Assembly (NCBI GenBank): GCA_902519835.1
Contig: CABYLU010000005.1
Span: 5,384 to 69,383, forward strand
Reading direction: 5' to 3'
Source of the DNA: an uncultured Pelagibacteraceae bacterium
GTDB taxonomy: Bacteria; Pseudomonadota; Alphaproteobacteria; Pelagibacterales; AG-422-B15
Length of the DNA: 64,000 nt
The notes under the pieces are model-generated. The model was not told the origin of the DNA. It made no database searches and saw only the letters and a list, made by a program, of their open reading frames with translations. Both the position numbers and the translations under genes were made by a program. Below, piece by piece: positions 37,482 to 45,779 of the stretch (position 1 is its first letter; each line of letters begins with the position of its first letter).

Positions 37482-38975
37482 ATGTCTTTAGATGGGTATT
37501 TACTCTCAATAGATCAAGGCACAACCAGTTCACGGGCCTTAATTTTAGATATTCAAGGAAATATTATTAGTCAAAAAAACTTCGAATTTAAACAGTATTT
37601 CCCGAATGATGGCTGGGTTGAGCATGATCCAATAGAAATTTTAAAGACAACACAAGACGCTATTAATTTTGTGATTGAAGAAACAAACATAACCCCAAAA
37701 GATATTAATATTGCAGGTATAACAAATCAAAGAGAGACGGTCGTTGCATGGAACAAAATAACCGGAAAGCCAGTTTACAATGCTATTGTGTGGCAGGACA
37801 GACGAACAGAAAACTTTTGTGAGATATTAAGAGAGAAGAAATTAACAAAACTAATTCAATCAAAGACCGGTCTCATCATTGATCCTTACTTTTCAGCAAC
37901 AAAAATTAAATGGATCATTGAAAATATTGAAGAAGCAAAAAAAACAATTGATGAGAATAATTTATTAGTTGGAACAATTGATTCTTGGCTCATTTGGAAT
38001 TTTACAAAAGGTGAATGTCATTATACTGATGTTACAAATGCATCAAGAACAATGCTTTATAATATAAATGAAGATTGTTGGGATGATGATTTATTAAATA
38101 TTTTTAATATTAACAAAAATATTTTGCCTGATGTAAAAAATTGTGTTGATGATTTTGGAGCTATAGATTCAAGTTTCTTTGGAGAAAAGATTTTAATAGG
38201 CGGCGTAGCCGGTGATCAACAGGCAGCTACTATTGGACAGGCTTGTTTCAAGGAAGGAATGGTTAAATCGACTTACGGCACAGGTTGTTTTTTATTAATG
38301 AATACTGGGAATAAATTTATAGAGTCAGGGTCTAAATTATTGTCTACTAAAGCTTATAATATATTTGATAAAAAAGATTTTGCTTTAGAAGGTAGCATCT
38401 TCAATGCGGGTACTGTTGTTCAATGGATGCGTGATGAAATGAATTTCATTAATGATGCAAGCAAGGTTGAAGAGCTCGCAAATAATAGTACTAACGAAAT
38501 ACAATTCATTCCTGCTTTTACTGGTTTGGGAGCTCCTTATTGGAACTCTGATGTAAGGGGTCAAATTACAGGAATCACTCGATACACTTCTAAGGCAGAT
38601 ATTGCCATGGCTGCACTAAAATCAATATGTTATCAAACAAGGGATCTCCTTGAGTGCCTACTTAACGACACGGAATTAAAGAGAAATGATTTTACTATTC
38701 GAGTTGATGGAGGCATGTCTCAAAATAACCTCATGATGCAATTATTATCGGATATCACTCAAGTAAGAATTGAAAGACCTTTGAATCAAGAGTCGACTGC
38801 TATGGGTGCAGCTTACTTAGCTGGAATGAAATCTGGCGTATACAAAGATGTTGCAGAGGTCGAGAAATTATGGAAGACTGATCGCAAATTTGAACCTACT
38901 ATTTCGTTGGACGAGGCAGATCAACAATATAATAGATGGTTAAAAACTGTAAAAGGACTGATTAATAATGGTTGA
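37482..38975 (+). CDS. glpK: Glycerol kinase
   Basis: IDQGTTSSRA, GITNQRETVVAW and GDQQAA(T). About 497 aa. Confidence 0.95.
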   Translation: MSLDGYLLSIDQGTTSSRALILDIQGNIISQKNFEFKQYFPNDGWVEHDPIEILKTTQDAINFVIEETNITPKDINIAGITNQRETVVAWNKITGKPVYNAIVWQDRRTENFCEILREKKLTKLIQSKTGLIIDPYFSATKIKWIIENIEEAKKTIDENNLLVGTIDSWLIWNFTKGECHYTDVTNASRTMLYNINEDCWDDDLLNIFNINKNILPDVKNCVDDFGAIDSSFFGEKILIGGVAGDQQAATIGQACFKEGMVKSTYGTGCFLLMNTGNKFIESGSKLLSTKAYNIFDKKDFALEGSIFNAGTVVQWMRDEMNFINDASKVEELANNSTNEIQFIPAFTGLGAPYWNSDVRGQITGITRYTSKADIAMAALKSICYQTRDLLECLLNDTELKRNDFTIRVDGGMSQNNLMMQLLSDITQVRIERPLNQESTAMGAAYLAGMKSGVYKDVAEVEKLWKTDRKFEPTISLDEADQQYNRWLKTVKGLINNG

Positions 38976-39714
38976 TGTAAAAAATAGTGTTTCAAAAGAA
39001 GAATGGGAAACGAGACAAGACTTAGCGGCATTCTATAGAACAATCCCATATTTTGGTTGGGATGATTTAATTTTCACTCATATCTCTGCTAAAGTTCCTG
39101 GGGCTGATGATGAATTTCTAATTAACCCTTATGGTTTTTTATTTGATGAAATAACTGCTTCAAACTTGGTGAAAGTTAACTTAAAGGGAAAAATACTCAG
39201 TGACACAAATAATTTTATAAATCCTGCAGGTTTTACCATTCATAGTGCAATACACGAGTCAAGAGAGGATGCACATTGTATCGTTCATCTTCACTCGAAT
39301 GATGGTGTGGCTGTAGCCTCACTGAAAGACGGTTTGTTGCCTTTATCTCAAACTGGAATGTTAGTTAGAAGTCAAATTGCATACCACGATTATGAAGGAG
39401 TTGCTCTTTTTGAAGAAGAAAAAGAAAGATTGGTAAAGGATCTTGGTGAAGCACGTTTAATGATACTTAGAAATCATGGAACATTGGCTTTAGGTAAAAA
39501 TGTTGCAGAAGCATTTACAAATATATATTTCTTAGAGAAAGCATGCTCTTATCAGGTGAGGGCTCTTTCTGGAAATCTTGAATTGAACTACCCCTCAGAG
39601 GAATCAATTGAAACAACAAGACAACAAGGTGAGGGAAGAGAAATGGCTGCGGCTTTGCTATGGCCTGCAGTTAAAAGAAAGATGGAGCGACTAGACTCAT
39701 CTTTTCTTAATTAA
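38968..39714 (+). CDS. Class II aldolase/adducin-family protein
   Basis: Adducin-head-like pattern FTIHSAIHESREDAHCIVHLHS and ILRNHGTLALG. Overlaps the glpK 3' end by 8 nt. Confidence 0.8.
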   Translation: MVDVKNSVSKEEWETRQDLAAFYRTIPYFGWDDLIFTHISAKVPGADDEFLINPYGFLFDEITASNLVKVNLKGKILSDTNNFINPAGFTIHSAIHESREDAHCIVHLHSNDGVAVASLKDGLLPLSQTGMLVRSQIAYHDYEGVALFEEEKERLVKDLGEARLMILRNHGTLALGKNVAEAFTNIYFLEKACSYQVRALSGNLELNYPSEESIETTRQQGEGREMAAALLWPAVKRKMERLDSSFLN

Positions 39715-39735
39715 TTAAAACAGAAGGAGTTTAAG

Positions 39736-40935
39736 ATGAAAGTATTGTGTATTTTATACGATGATCCAAAAGGGGGGATGCCATCAAGTTATCCAGTGAA
39801 AACTTTGCCAAAAATTGAAAAGTATCCAGATGGTCAAACATTACCAACACCAAAAGGGATAGATTTTAATCCAGGTGAATTGCTTGGATGTGTTTCTGGT
39901 GAACTAGGCCTCAGAAACTTTCTTGAGGACGCTGGCCATACGTTGGTAGTTACAAATGATAAAGATGCGCCAGGATGCGTAGCGGAAAAAGAACTCGTTG
40001 ACGCTGATGTAGTAATTTCTCAACCTTTCTTTCCGTTCTATTTGACAAAAGAACGTATTGCTATGGCTAAAAATTTAAAAATGGCAATAACTGCTGGTAT
40101 AGGTTCTGACCACGTTGATTTACAAGCGGCTATGGATAATAAGATTGATGTTATGGAAGTTACCTTCTGCAATTCAAGATCAGTTGCGGAGCACATTGTA
40201 ATGATGATTTTATCTTTGGTTAGAGATTATCATAATCAATACCGTATTATTAATGAAGGCGGATGGAATATTGCTGACGCAGTACAAAGATCATATGATC
40301 TTGAGGGAATGCACGTAGGTACTGTTGCAGCTGGAAGAATAGGCTTAGATGCATTAAGAAAACTTAAACACTTTGATGTTCATATGCATTACTTTGATAG
40401 ACATAGATTGCCAGAGTCAGTAGAAAAAGAATTGAATTTGACCTTCCATGATTCTGTTGAGTCAATGGTTGCAGTATGCGACGTTGTTACAATCAATTGT
40501 CCACTTCACCCTGAAACTGAAAATCTCTTTAACGATGAGATGATCGGAAAAATGAAAAAAGGAGCGTATATTGTAAATACTGCTCGCGGCAAAATTTGTG
40601 ATCGCGATGCAATTGCTCGTGCCTTAGAGTCAGGTCAATTAAGTGGCTATGCTGGCGACGTATGGTTCCCCCAACCAGCTCCAAATGATCATGTATGGAG
40701 AACGATGCCAAATCACGGTATGACGCCACATACTTCTGGAACTTCGCTATCAGCACAAGCAAGATATGCAGCCGGAGTTAGGGAAATTCTTGAATGCTTC
40801 TTTGCTGGAGAAGATCAAAGAACTGAATACACTATTATTAAAGATGGTGCACTAGCTGGAACAGGAGCTCACTCTTATAGTGAGGGCTCTGCCACAAGCG
40901 GTTCAGAAGAAGCAGCAAAATACCAGAGAAAATAG
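39736..40935 (+). CDS. fdh: NAD-dependent formate dehydrogenase
   Basis: MKVLCILYDDP, PFYLTKERIAMAKNLKMAITAGIGSDHVDL, GTVAAGRIG and PQPAP. The C-terminal tail GTGAHSYSEGSATSGSEEAAKY resembles the Pseudomonas sp. 101-type FDH. Confidence 0.92.
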   Translation: MKVLCILYDDPKGGMPSSYPVKTLPKIEKYPDGQTLPTPKGIDFNPGELLGCVSGELGLRNFLEDAGHTLVVTNDKDAPGCVAEKELVDADVVISQPFFPFYLTKERIAMAKNLKMAITAGIGSDHVDLQAAMDNKIDVMEVTFCNSRSVAEHIVMMILSLVRDYHNQYRIINEGGWNIADAVQRSYDLEGMHVGTVAAGRIGLDALRKLKHFDVHMHYFDRHRLPESVEKELNLTFHDSVESMVAVCDVVTINCPLHPETENLFNDEMIGKMKKGAYIVNTARGKICDRDAIARALESGQLSGYAGDVWFPQPAPNDHVWRTMPNHGMTPHTSGTSLSAQARYAAGVREILECFFAGEDQRTEYTIIKDGALAGTGAHSYSEGSATSGSEEAAKYQRK

Positions 40936-40951
40936 TCTAAATTTTATATTG

Positions 40952-40971
40952 GGACGGAGTAAAATCCGTCC
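40952..40971 (+). terminator. Stem-loop after fdh (GGACGGA-gtaaaa-TCCGTCC); possible terminator
   Basis: A 7-bp GC-rich stem lies 17 nt after the fdh stop. It is followed by TATATAAT rather than a clean T-run. Confidence 0.4.
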
Positions 40972-40985
40972 TATATAATGTATAT

Positions 40986-41606
40986 ATGCAAAGCGTATTT
41001 AGAAATTATTTTTCACACTCGACCATTTATGGTTTTTTTATAATGGCAGTTTTTGGTGTTTACTTCGTTCTCTCAAACGGACTGATGTATGATTATTTAT
41101 TTTGGTTTTTTATACCAATCATTTTAGCGCCTTTTTATGAGTGGTATGTACATAAGTTTCAGCTACATAGAGAGCTTACAAAAAAAGAAGGTTGGTACAG
41201 AAGATATCAAATTGTATTACATCACGGACACCACAAAGATCCTGATAATATCAAACTGCAATTTGCGCCTTGGAGATATCTAATCTATACATATGTACAA
41301 GTATATTTGCTCTACTCACTTTTGCTTTGGAGCTTTCCTGCAGCAATGGTACCTTTTACAGGCCATCTAATTTACCACTTATGGTATGAATGGATTCATT
41401 TAGCTCATCACTCCAAAGAGTATAAACCTGCTACAGTAATTGGTAAAAAATTAAGAGATGCTCATATGAGCCATCACTTTCATAATGAGAATTACAACTG
41501 GGGCATAACAAATATGATCGGTGATTATTTCTTCGGAACTTTAAAAGATAATAAATCTATAAAAAAAAGTACTTCTGCAAAATCTATAGCTGGTTATACA
41601 GATTAA
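40986..41606 (+). CDS. Fatty acid hydroxylase superfamily (di-iron His-box membrane oxygenase)
   Basis: His boxes HKFQLH, HHGHH, HLAHH and HMSHHFH lie in a hydrophobic 206-aa protein. Confidence 0.75.
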   Translation: MQSVFRNYFSHSTIYGFFIMAVFGVYFVLSNGLMYDYLFWFFIPIILAPFYEWYVHKFQLHRELTKKEGWYRRYQIVLHHGHHKDPDNIKLQFAPWRYLIYTYVQVYLLYSLLLWSFPAAMVPFTGHLIYHLWYEWIHLAHHSKEYKPATVIGKKLRDAHMSHHFHNENYNWGITNMIGDYFFGTLKDNKSIKKSTSAKSIAGYTD

Positions 41607-41666
41607 ATTAGTGGTGCCCCCACACGGACTTGAACCGCGAACCTATTGATTACAAATCAATTGCTC
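41607..41666. repeat. Direct repeat copy 1: 5 nt of flank plus the 3' 55 nt of tRNA-Thr (truncated tRNA fragment on the minus strand, 41612-41666)
   Basis: 60/60 nt identical to 42380-42439 in my base-by-base comparison. It lacks the 5' 21 nt of the tRNA. Confidence 0.9.
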
Positions 41667-41708
41667 GGTATAATATTTAATAATTATCAAAAAAAAATGG
41701 AGTAATAA

Positions 41709-41981
41709 ATGTTTGTATCTTTTACCGATTGGGAATTTGACGGAAATGTTGAAAATGCAGTTGAAAATATGAAAGGTTTTTGGCCTGAGATGAAAAAGCA
41801 TGGAGCAACTAATATGCGTGCAACAGTTACGGGAGAAAAGACACTCAGAACGATGACTATCTGGAGCAGTGAAGAACAAGTGAAAGCTAACATCGATGAA
41901 ATTAGAGCGGCGGCTGGTAAAGCTGTAGGCATGACCACAACAGGTGGAATGATGGGTACAGTCGCAGTCGAGCTTGACTAA
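41709..41981 (+). CDS. Hypothetical 90-aa protein (possible ferredoxin-like/ABM-Dabb fold)
   Basis: GGAG lies 6 nt upstream of the ATG and TATAAT is at 41669-41674. Followed by the hairpin AGTGGG(41992-41997)/CCCACT(42010-42015). The fold guess comes from a beta-alpha-beta-beta-alpha-beta pattern judged by eye. Confidence 0.5.
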   Translation: MFVSFTDWEFDGNVENAVENMKGFWPEMKKHGATNMRATVTGEKTLRTMTIWSSEEQVKANIDEIRAAAGKAVGMTTTGGMMGTVAVELD

Positions 41982-42039
41982 TTAATTATTGAGTGGGTTG
42001 AGAAATCGTCCCACTTAATATCAACATCAAATTACTTAG

Positions 42040-42384
42040 ATGGAATTAATCCCACTATTACTTATAATTTTATTCGGTTACTTAATTTATCAATATGTAA
42101 AAGGGCTAAGAAAAGAAAACTCTAGGATGACTCCTTATCTACCAAGGCATAAAACTTCCAATTCAAATTTACCAAGATATAAAACTACTGATGTGGATTT
42201 GGCATGGTTATGGTGTCTTTTGTTTACTCCTACAATGTATTTCTTTTTTATAGGTTTAGAAAAACTCGCATTGAGATGTTTGTTTTGGACAATTATCACT
42301 TTTGGAATTGCACAAATTTATTATGTATTCGTAGCCGGCTCATTAGTTTATGAATATCAACAAGGCTTAAGAAAGGATTATTAG
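42040..42384 (+). CDS. Hypothetical 114-aa membrane protein with tandem LPR(H/Y)KT motif
   Basis: N-terminal TM helix, YLPRHKTSNSNLPRYKTTD, then 2 predicted TM helices. Its stop codon (TAG 42382-42384) lies inside the repeat. Confidence 0.45.
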   Translation: MELIPLLLIILFGYLIYQYVKGLRKENSRMTPYLPRHKTSNSNLPRYKTTDVDLAWLWCLLFTPTMYFFFIGLEKLALRCLFWTIITFGIAQIYYVFVAGSLVYEYQQGLRKDY

Positions 42385-42439
42385 TGGTGCCCCCACACGG
42401 ACTTGAACCGCGAACCTATTGATTACAAATCAATTGCTC
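42380..42439. repeat. Direct repeat copy 2 (within and just 3' of the intact tRNA-Thr)
   Basis: Identical to 41607-41666, at an offset of 773 bp. Confidence 0.9.
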
Positions 42440-42460
42440 TACCAATTGAGCTATAGGGGC
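42385..42460 (-). tRNA. tRNA-Thr (anticodon UGU)
   Basis: The reverse complement folds as GCCCCTA-TA-GCTC-AATTGGTA-GAGC-A-ATTGA-TTTGTAA-TCAAT-AGGTT-CGCGG-TTCAAGT-CCGTG-TGGGGGC-A-CCA. Confidence 0.9.
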
Positions 42461-42611
42461 GAAACCATTAAAACTTTTAAATTTTTAAGTTTTAATTGTC
42501 CATAATTATTTGTAAAATACGAGTATGAAAAAATTCTTAGATTTTATTGGTGGTCAAATTGCTTTAGCTTATTTAGTAGTGTTCTTTATTTTAGTTATCT
42601 CAATGATTGCT

Positions 42612-43385
42612 CTAGCTTTTTAAGTTTATATTTGAAATATAAAACATCATTATTGCTGCTGTATTTGATACATTTAAACTCTCAAGGTTATCACTTATCT
42701 TGATTCTAATGTTTTCATCGCAAAGTGAAGAAGTGACTCGTCTCATGCCTTTGCTTTCTGATCCTAAGACGAAAACAATTTTATTTGGGAATTTTATATC
42801 TGTAATAGAGCTTTGAGCTTTCATATCTAGGCCATAAATCCAATAACCTTTGTCTTTAAGTATTTTTACACAAGAACTAATATTTTGAATTTTTGTAAAT
42901 GGCACTTTATCAATTGCACTTGAAGCAGTTTTTGCTAAAAATGAATTCTCAGCTACAGAATTATGATCAGTTAATATTATACCATCAATATCAAATGCAA
43001 GAGCAGATCTAAATATTGCTCCAACATTTTGTGGATCGTCAAGTTGATCCAGTAAGAAAATAATAGATGTTTCTTTATTTAAATTATTAATAAAATCAGA
43101 AAGGTGTGGCGGTTGAATTTTTTCAACTCTTATACAAATTCCCTGATGATTTGAGATTCCTTTTAAAATAAAATCAATTTCTTCTCTGGCCTTCTTTATT
43201 GCCAAGATATTAAAATTTTCTATTTTTACTTCACTTTTCAGTTTTTTTTCAGCCTCGGAAGTGAAATAAACTTCATATTTAACTCTGTTGTCATTCAATA
43301 AAGCTCCAACCACAGCATGATGACCATATATCCAGTAATCAGAATTTTGCCTTTTTTTTGGGAGTTTTTTTGATCTCTTGCTCAT
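42612..43385 (-). CDS. rlmB: 23S rRNA (guanosine-2'-O)-methyltransferase RlmB-like (SpoU/TrmH family)
   Basis: N-terminal IYGHHAVVGALLN, then DPQNVGAIFRSA, LGSESKGM and NVSNTAAI. Confidence 0.8.
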   Translation of the reverse strand: MSKRSKKLPKKRQNSDYWIYGHHAVVGALLNDNRVKYEVYFTSEAEKKLKSEVKIENFNILAIKKAREEIDFILKGISNHQGICIRVEKIQPPHLSDFINNLNKETSIIFLLDQLDDPQNVGAIFRSALAFDIDGIILTDHNSVAENSFLAKTASSAIDKVPFTKIQNISSCVKILKDKGYWIYGLDMKAQSSITDIKFPNKIVFVLGSESKGMRRVTSSLCDENIRIKISDNLESLNVSNTAAIMMFYISNINLKS

Positions 43386-43440
43386 TACTACAACAATTTA
43401 TCATTTATAATTAAATTAGGTTTAAAAATATTAATATTTA

Positions 43441-43469
43441 TTGATTTAGGGTCTTTTTTTACATATAAG
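43441..43469 (+). promoter_or_regulatory. Promoter-like element TTGATT-17-TATAAG upstream of tRNA-Tyr/tRNA-Gly/tuf
   Basis: Hexamers at 43441-43446 and 43464-43469, about 65 nt upstream of tRNA-Tyr. Confidence 0.3.
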
Positions 43470-43535
43470 TCACCCCTTAAGGTTCTATAGACTAAGTCTA
43501 GGGAAACTTATCTTGAGAAGTTGAATACTATCTCG

Positions 43536-43620
43536 GGAGGGGTGCCCGAGTGGTTAAAGGGGACGGGCTGTAAACCCGTTAGCTATGCTTACGTTGGTTC
43601 GAATCCAACCCCCTCCACCA
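43536..43620 (+). tRNA. tRNA-Tyr (anticodon GUA)
   Basis: Acceptor arms GGAGGGG/CCCCTCC, anticodon loop CTGTAAA, a long variable arm, TTCGAAT T-loop and an encoded CCA. Confidence 0.9.
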
Positions 43621-43654
43621 CGTTAAGGTACCTTAGGGTAGCTTGAAGGAATAA

Positions 43655-43728
43655 GCGGGTGTAGCTTAGTGGTAAAGCTCCAGCCTTCCAAGCTGATTAC
43701 GAGGGTTCGATTCCCTTCACCCGCTCCA
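43655..43728 (+). tRNA. tRNA-Gly (anticodon UCC)
   Basis: Acceptor arms GCGGGTG/CACCCGC, anticodon loop CTTCCAA, TTCGATT T-loop and an encoded CCA. Confidence 0.88.
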
Positions 43729-43766
43729 AAACAACGAAGACTAAAAACTGAGAGGAACAAAAAAAA

Positions 43767-44957
43767 ATGGCTAAAGAAAAATTCGATCGAAGTAAACCAC
43801 ACTGTAACGTAGGAACTATCGGTCACGTGGATCATGGAAAAACAACTTTGACCGCGGCAATAACAAAAGTATTATCAGAATCGGGTGGAGCAGAGTTTAC
43901 TGCATATGATGCAATCGATAAGGCTCCTGAAGAAAAAGAACGTGGAATTACAATTTCAACAGCTCACGTTGAATACACAACAGACGCAAGACACTATGCT
44001 CACGTTGATTGTCCAGGACACGCTGACTATGTAAAAAACATGATTACAGGTGCTGCACAAATGGATGGAGCAATATTAGTTGTTAACGCTGCAGATGGAC
44101 CAATGCCACAAACTAGAGAGCATATACTTCTTGCACGTCAGGTTGGTGTTCCAGCAATAGTTGTTTATTTGAATAAAGTAGATCAAGTTGATGATGCAGA
44201 ATTATTAGAGCTTGTTGAAGTTGAGATCAGAGATATTCTCAATGAATATGAGTTTCCAGGTGACACTACTCCAATAGTTAAAGGTTCAGCTTTGGCAGCA
44301 GTAGAGAGTAGAGATGATGAAATTGGAAAAAATTCAATTGTGGAACTTATGAAAGCTGTAGACGATCATATACCTCAACCTGAGCGTGATAAGGATAAGC
44401 CATTCCTTATGCCGATTGAGGATGTATTTTCAATATCTGGACGTGGTACTGTTTGTACAGGAAGAGTTGAAAGTGGTATCGTTAAAGTAGGTGAAGAGCT
44501 TGAAATAGTTGGTATTAAAGAAACTCAAAAAACAACCTGTACTGGAGTTGAGATGTTCCGAAAACTCTTAGATACTGGTGAAGCAGGTGATAATATCGGT
44601 GCACTTTTGAGAGGCATTGAGAGAGACCAAGTTGAAAGAGGTCAAGTTCTTGCACATGTTGGCTCAATCACGCCACATACTAAATTTAAATGTGAAGCTT
44701 ATGTATTAAAAAAAGAAGAGGGTGGCAGACATACTCCTTTCTTTACAAATTATCGTCCGCAGTTTTATTTTAGAACTACTGACGTTACTGGAGTTTGTAA
44801 GCTTCCTGATGGAACTGAGATGGTTATGCCTGGTGACAATATCGCAATGGAAATTGAGCTTATTGCACCAATTGCTATGGATAAAGGTGTGCGTTTTGCA
44901 ATTCGTGAAGGTGGACGTACAGTTGGATCAGGCGTTGTAACGGAAATTATCTCATAA
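43767..44957 (+). CDS. tuf: Elongation factor Tu
   Basis: [18 protein letters not shown] and NKVD. 396 aa. Confidence 0.98.
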   Translation: MAKEKFDRSKPHCNVGTIGHVDHGKTTLTAAITKVLSESGGAEFTAYDAIDKAPEEKERGITISTAHVEYTTDARHYAHVDCPGHADYVKNMITGAAQMDGAILVVNAADGPMPQTREHILLARQVGVPAIVVYLNKVDQVDDAELLELVEVEIRDILNEYEFPGDTTPIVKGSALAAVESRDDEIGKNSIVELMKAVDDHIPQPERDKDKPFLMPIEDVFSISGRGTVCTGRVESGIVKVGEELEIVGIKETQKTTCTGVEMFRKLLDTGEAGDNIGALLRGIERDQVERGQVLAHVGSITPHTKFKCEAYVLKKEEGGRHTPFFTNYRPQFYFRTTDVTGVCKLPDGTEMVMPGDNIAMEIELIAPIAMDKGVRFAIREGGRTVGSGVVTEIIS

Positions 44958-44961
44958 CTGG

Positions 44962-45037
44962 AGGAGTGTAGCTCAACTGGTAGAGCACCGGTCTCCAAAA
45001 CCGGGGGTTGGGGGTTCGAGTCCCTTCGCTCCTGCCA
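44962..45037 (+). tRNA. tRNA-Trp (anticodon CCA)
   Basis: Acceptor arms AGGAGTG/CGCTCCT, anticodon loop CTCCAAA and TTCGAGT T-loop. It sits in the conserved position between tuf and secE. Confidence 0.9.
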
Positions 45038-45054
45038 CTTAAGGTAAATTTATT

Positions 45055-45243
45055 ATGAAGCCATTTAAGTTTATTCAAGAAGTCAGAAGAGAAGGTAGTA
45101 AAGTCACATGGCCTACTTCTAGGGAGACATTGACCGGTTCTGTTATGGTTGTATTAATCACTGCTTTTGCAGCAGTTTTTTTTCTTATCATCGATCAGAT
45201 ATTCAGTTTTGGATTAGATAAACTTATTGGAGTTGCTGTTTAA
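45055..45243 (+). CDS. secE: Preprotein translocase subunit SecE
   Basis: 62 aa. EVRREGSKVTWPTSRE followed by a single TM helix. Conserved position before nusG. Confidence 0.9.
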   Translation: MKPFKFIQEVRREGSKVTWPTSRETLTGSVMVVLITAFAAVFFLIIDQIFSFGLDKLIGVAV

Positions 45244-45245
45244 AA

Positions 45246-45779
45246 ATGTCACACAAATGGTACATAGTCCATGCGTATTCTGGCTTTGAAAAAAAAGTTG
45301 CTGCAGCAATTTCAGAAAAAGCTAAAACAAAAAATATCGAGTCTGCTTTCAGTGAAATTATTGTTCCTACTGAAGAGGTTGTTGAAGTAAAAAAAGGAAA
45401 AAAGAGAAATGCTGAAAGAAAATTTTTTCCAGGTTATGTATTAACTAAAATGGAGATGACCGATGAAACATATCATATGGTTAAAGCTTTACCAAAAGTA
45501 AGCGGCTTCCTTGGTCACACACAAGGAAAGCCATCAGCGGTTCCTGAGAGTGAGATAAATAAGATTTTACAAGATATTGAAGAAGGTGTAACTAGTCCTA
45601 AACCATCTATTACTTTTGAAGTTGGAGAACAAGTTAGGGTAAGTGATGGACCATTCGCTTCTTTTAACGGCTTAATAGAAGAAATTGATGAAGAAAGAGC
45701 GCGAGTTAAAGTATCTGTATCTATATTTGGCAGATCAACACCTGTAGAATTAGAGTATACACAAGTAGAGAAAGCGTAA
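45246..45779 (+). CDS. nusG: Transcription termination/antitermination factor NusG
   Basis: [21 protein letters not shown] and a C-terminal KOW domain ([13 protein letters not shown]). Confidence 0.95.
   Translation: MSHKWYIVHAYSGFEKKVAAAISEKAKTKNIESAFSEIIVPTEEVVEVKKGKKRNAERKFFPGYVLTKMEMTDETYHMVKALPKVSGFLGHTQGKPSAVPESEINKILQDIEEGVTSPKPSITFEVGEQVRVSDGPFASFNGLIEEIDEERARVKVSVSIFGRSTPVELEYTQVEKA

Larger units (their letters stand above)
41607..42439. mobile_element. Putative degenerate tRNA-Thr-targeted integrated element (mini-island) bounded by 60-nt direct repeats; no integrase present
   Basis: attL/attR-like geometry: the intact tRNA 3' end faces the insert and the displaced 3' tRNA fragment sits at the far end. 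The 713-bp interior holds two small ORFs. Confidence 0.45.

Noticed and set aside
41643-41938. Two minus-strand ORFs (41643-41879 and 41687-41938) inside the mini-island, competing with the plus-strand 90-aa ORF.
   Set aside because: The plus-strand ORF has TATAAT, GGAG at ideal spacing and a downstream hairpin. The minus-strand translations are Cys/Phe/Ser-rich and low-complexity, and they run into the tRNA fragment. Strand choice remains unproven.
41607-42460. An active prophage or integrative element at tRNA-Thr.
   Set aside because: No integrase, excisionase, transposase or phage-like ORF occurs between or near the repeats, and the bounded segment is only 713 bp. I report it as a scar or mini-island, not an active element.
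43623-43835. A 70-aa minus-strand ORF spanning tRNA-Gly and the tuf start.
   Set aside because: It overlaps a well-folded tRNA and the 5' end of tuf, so it is implausible as a gene.
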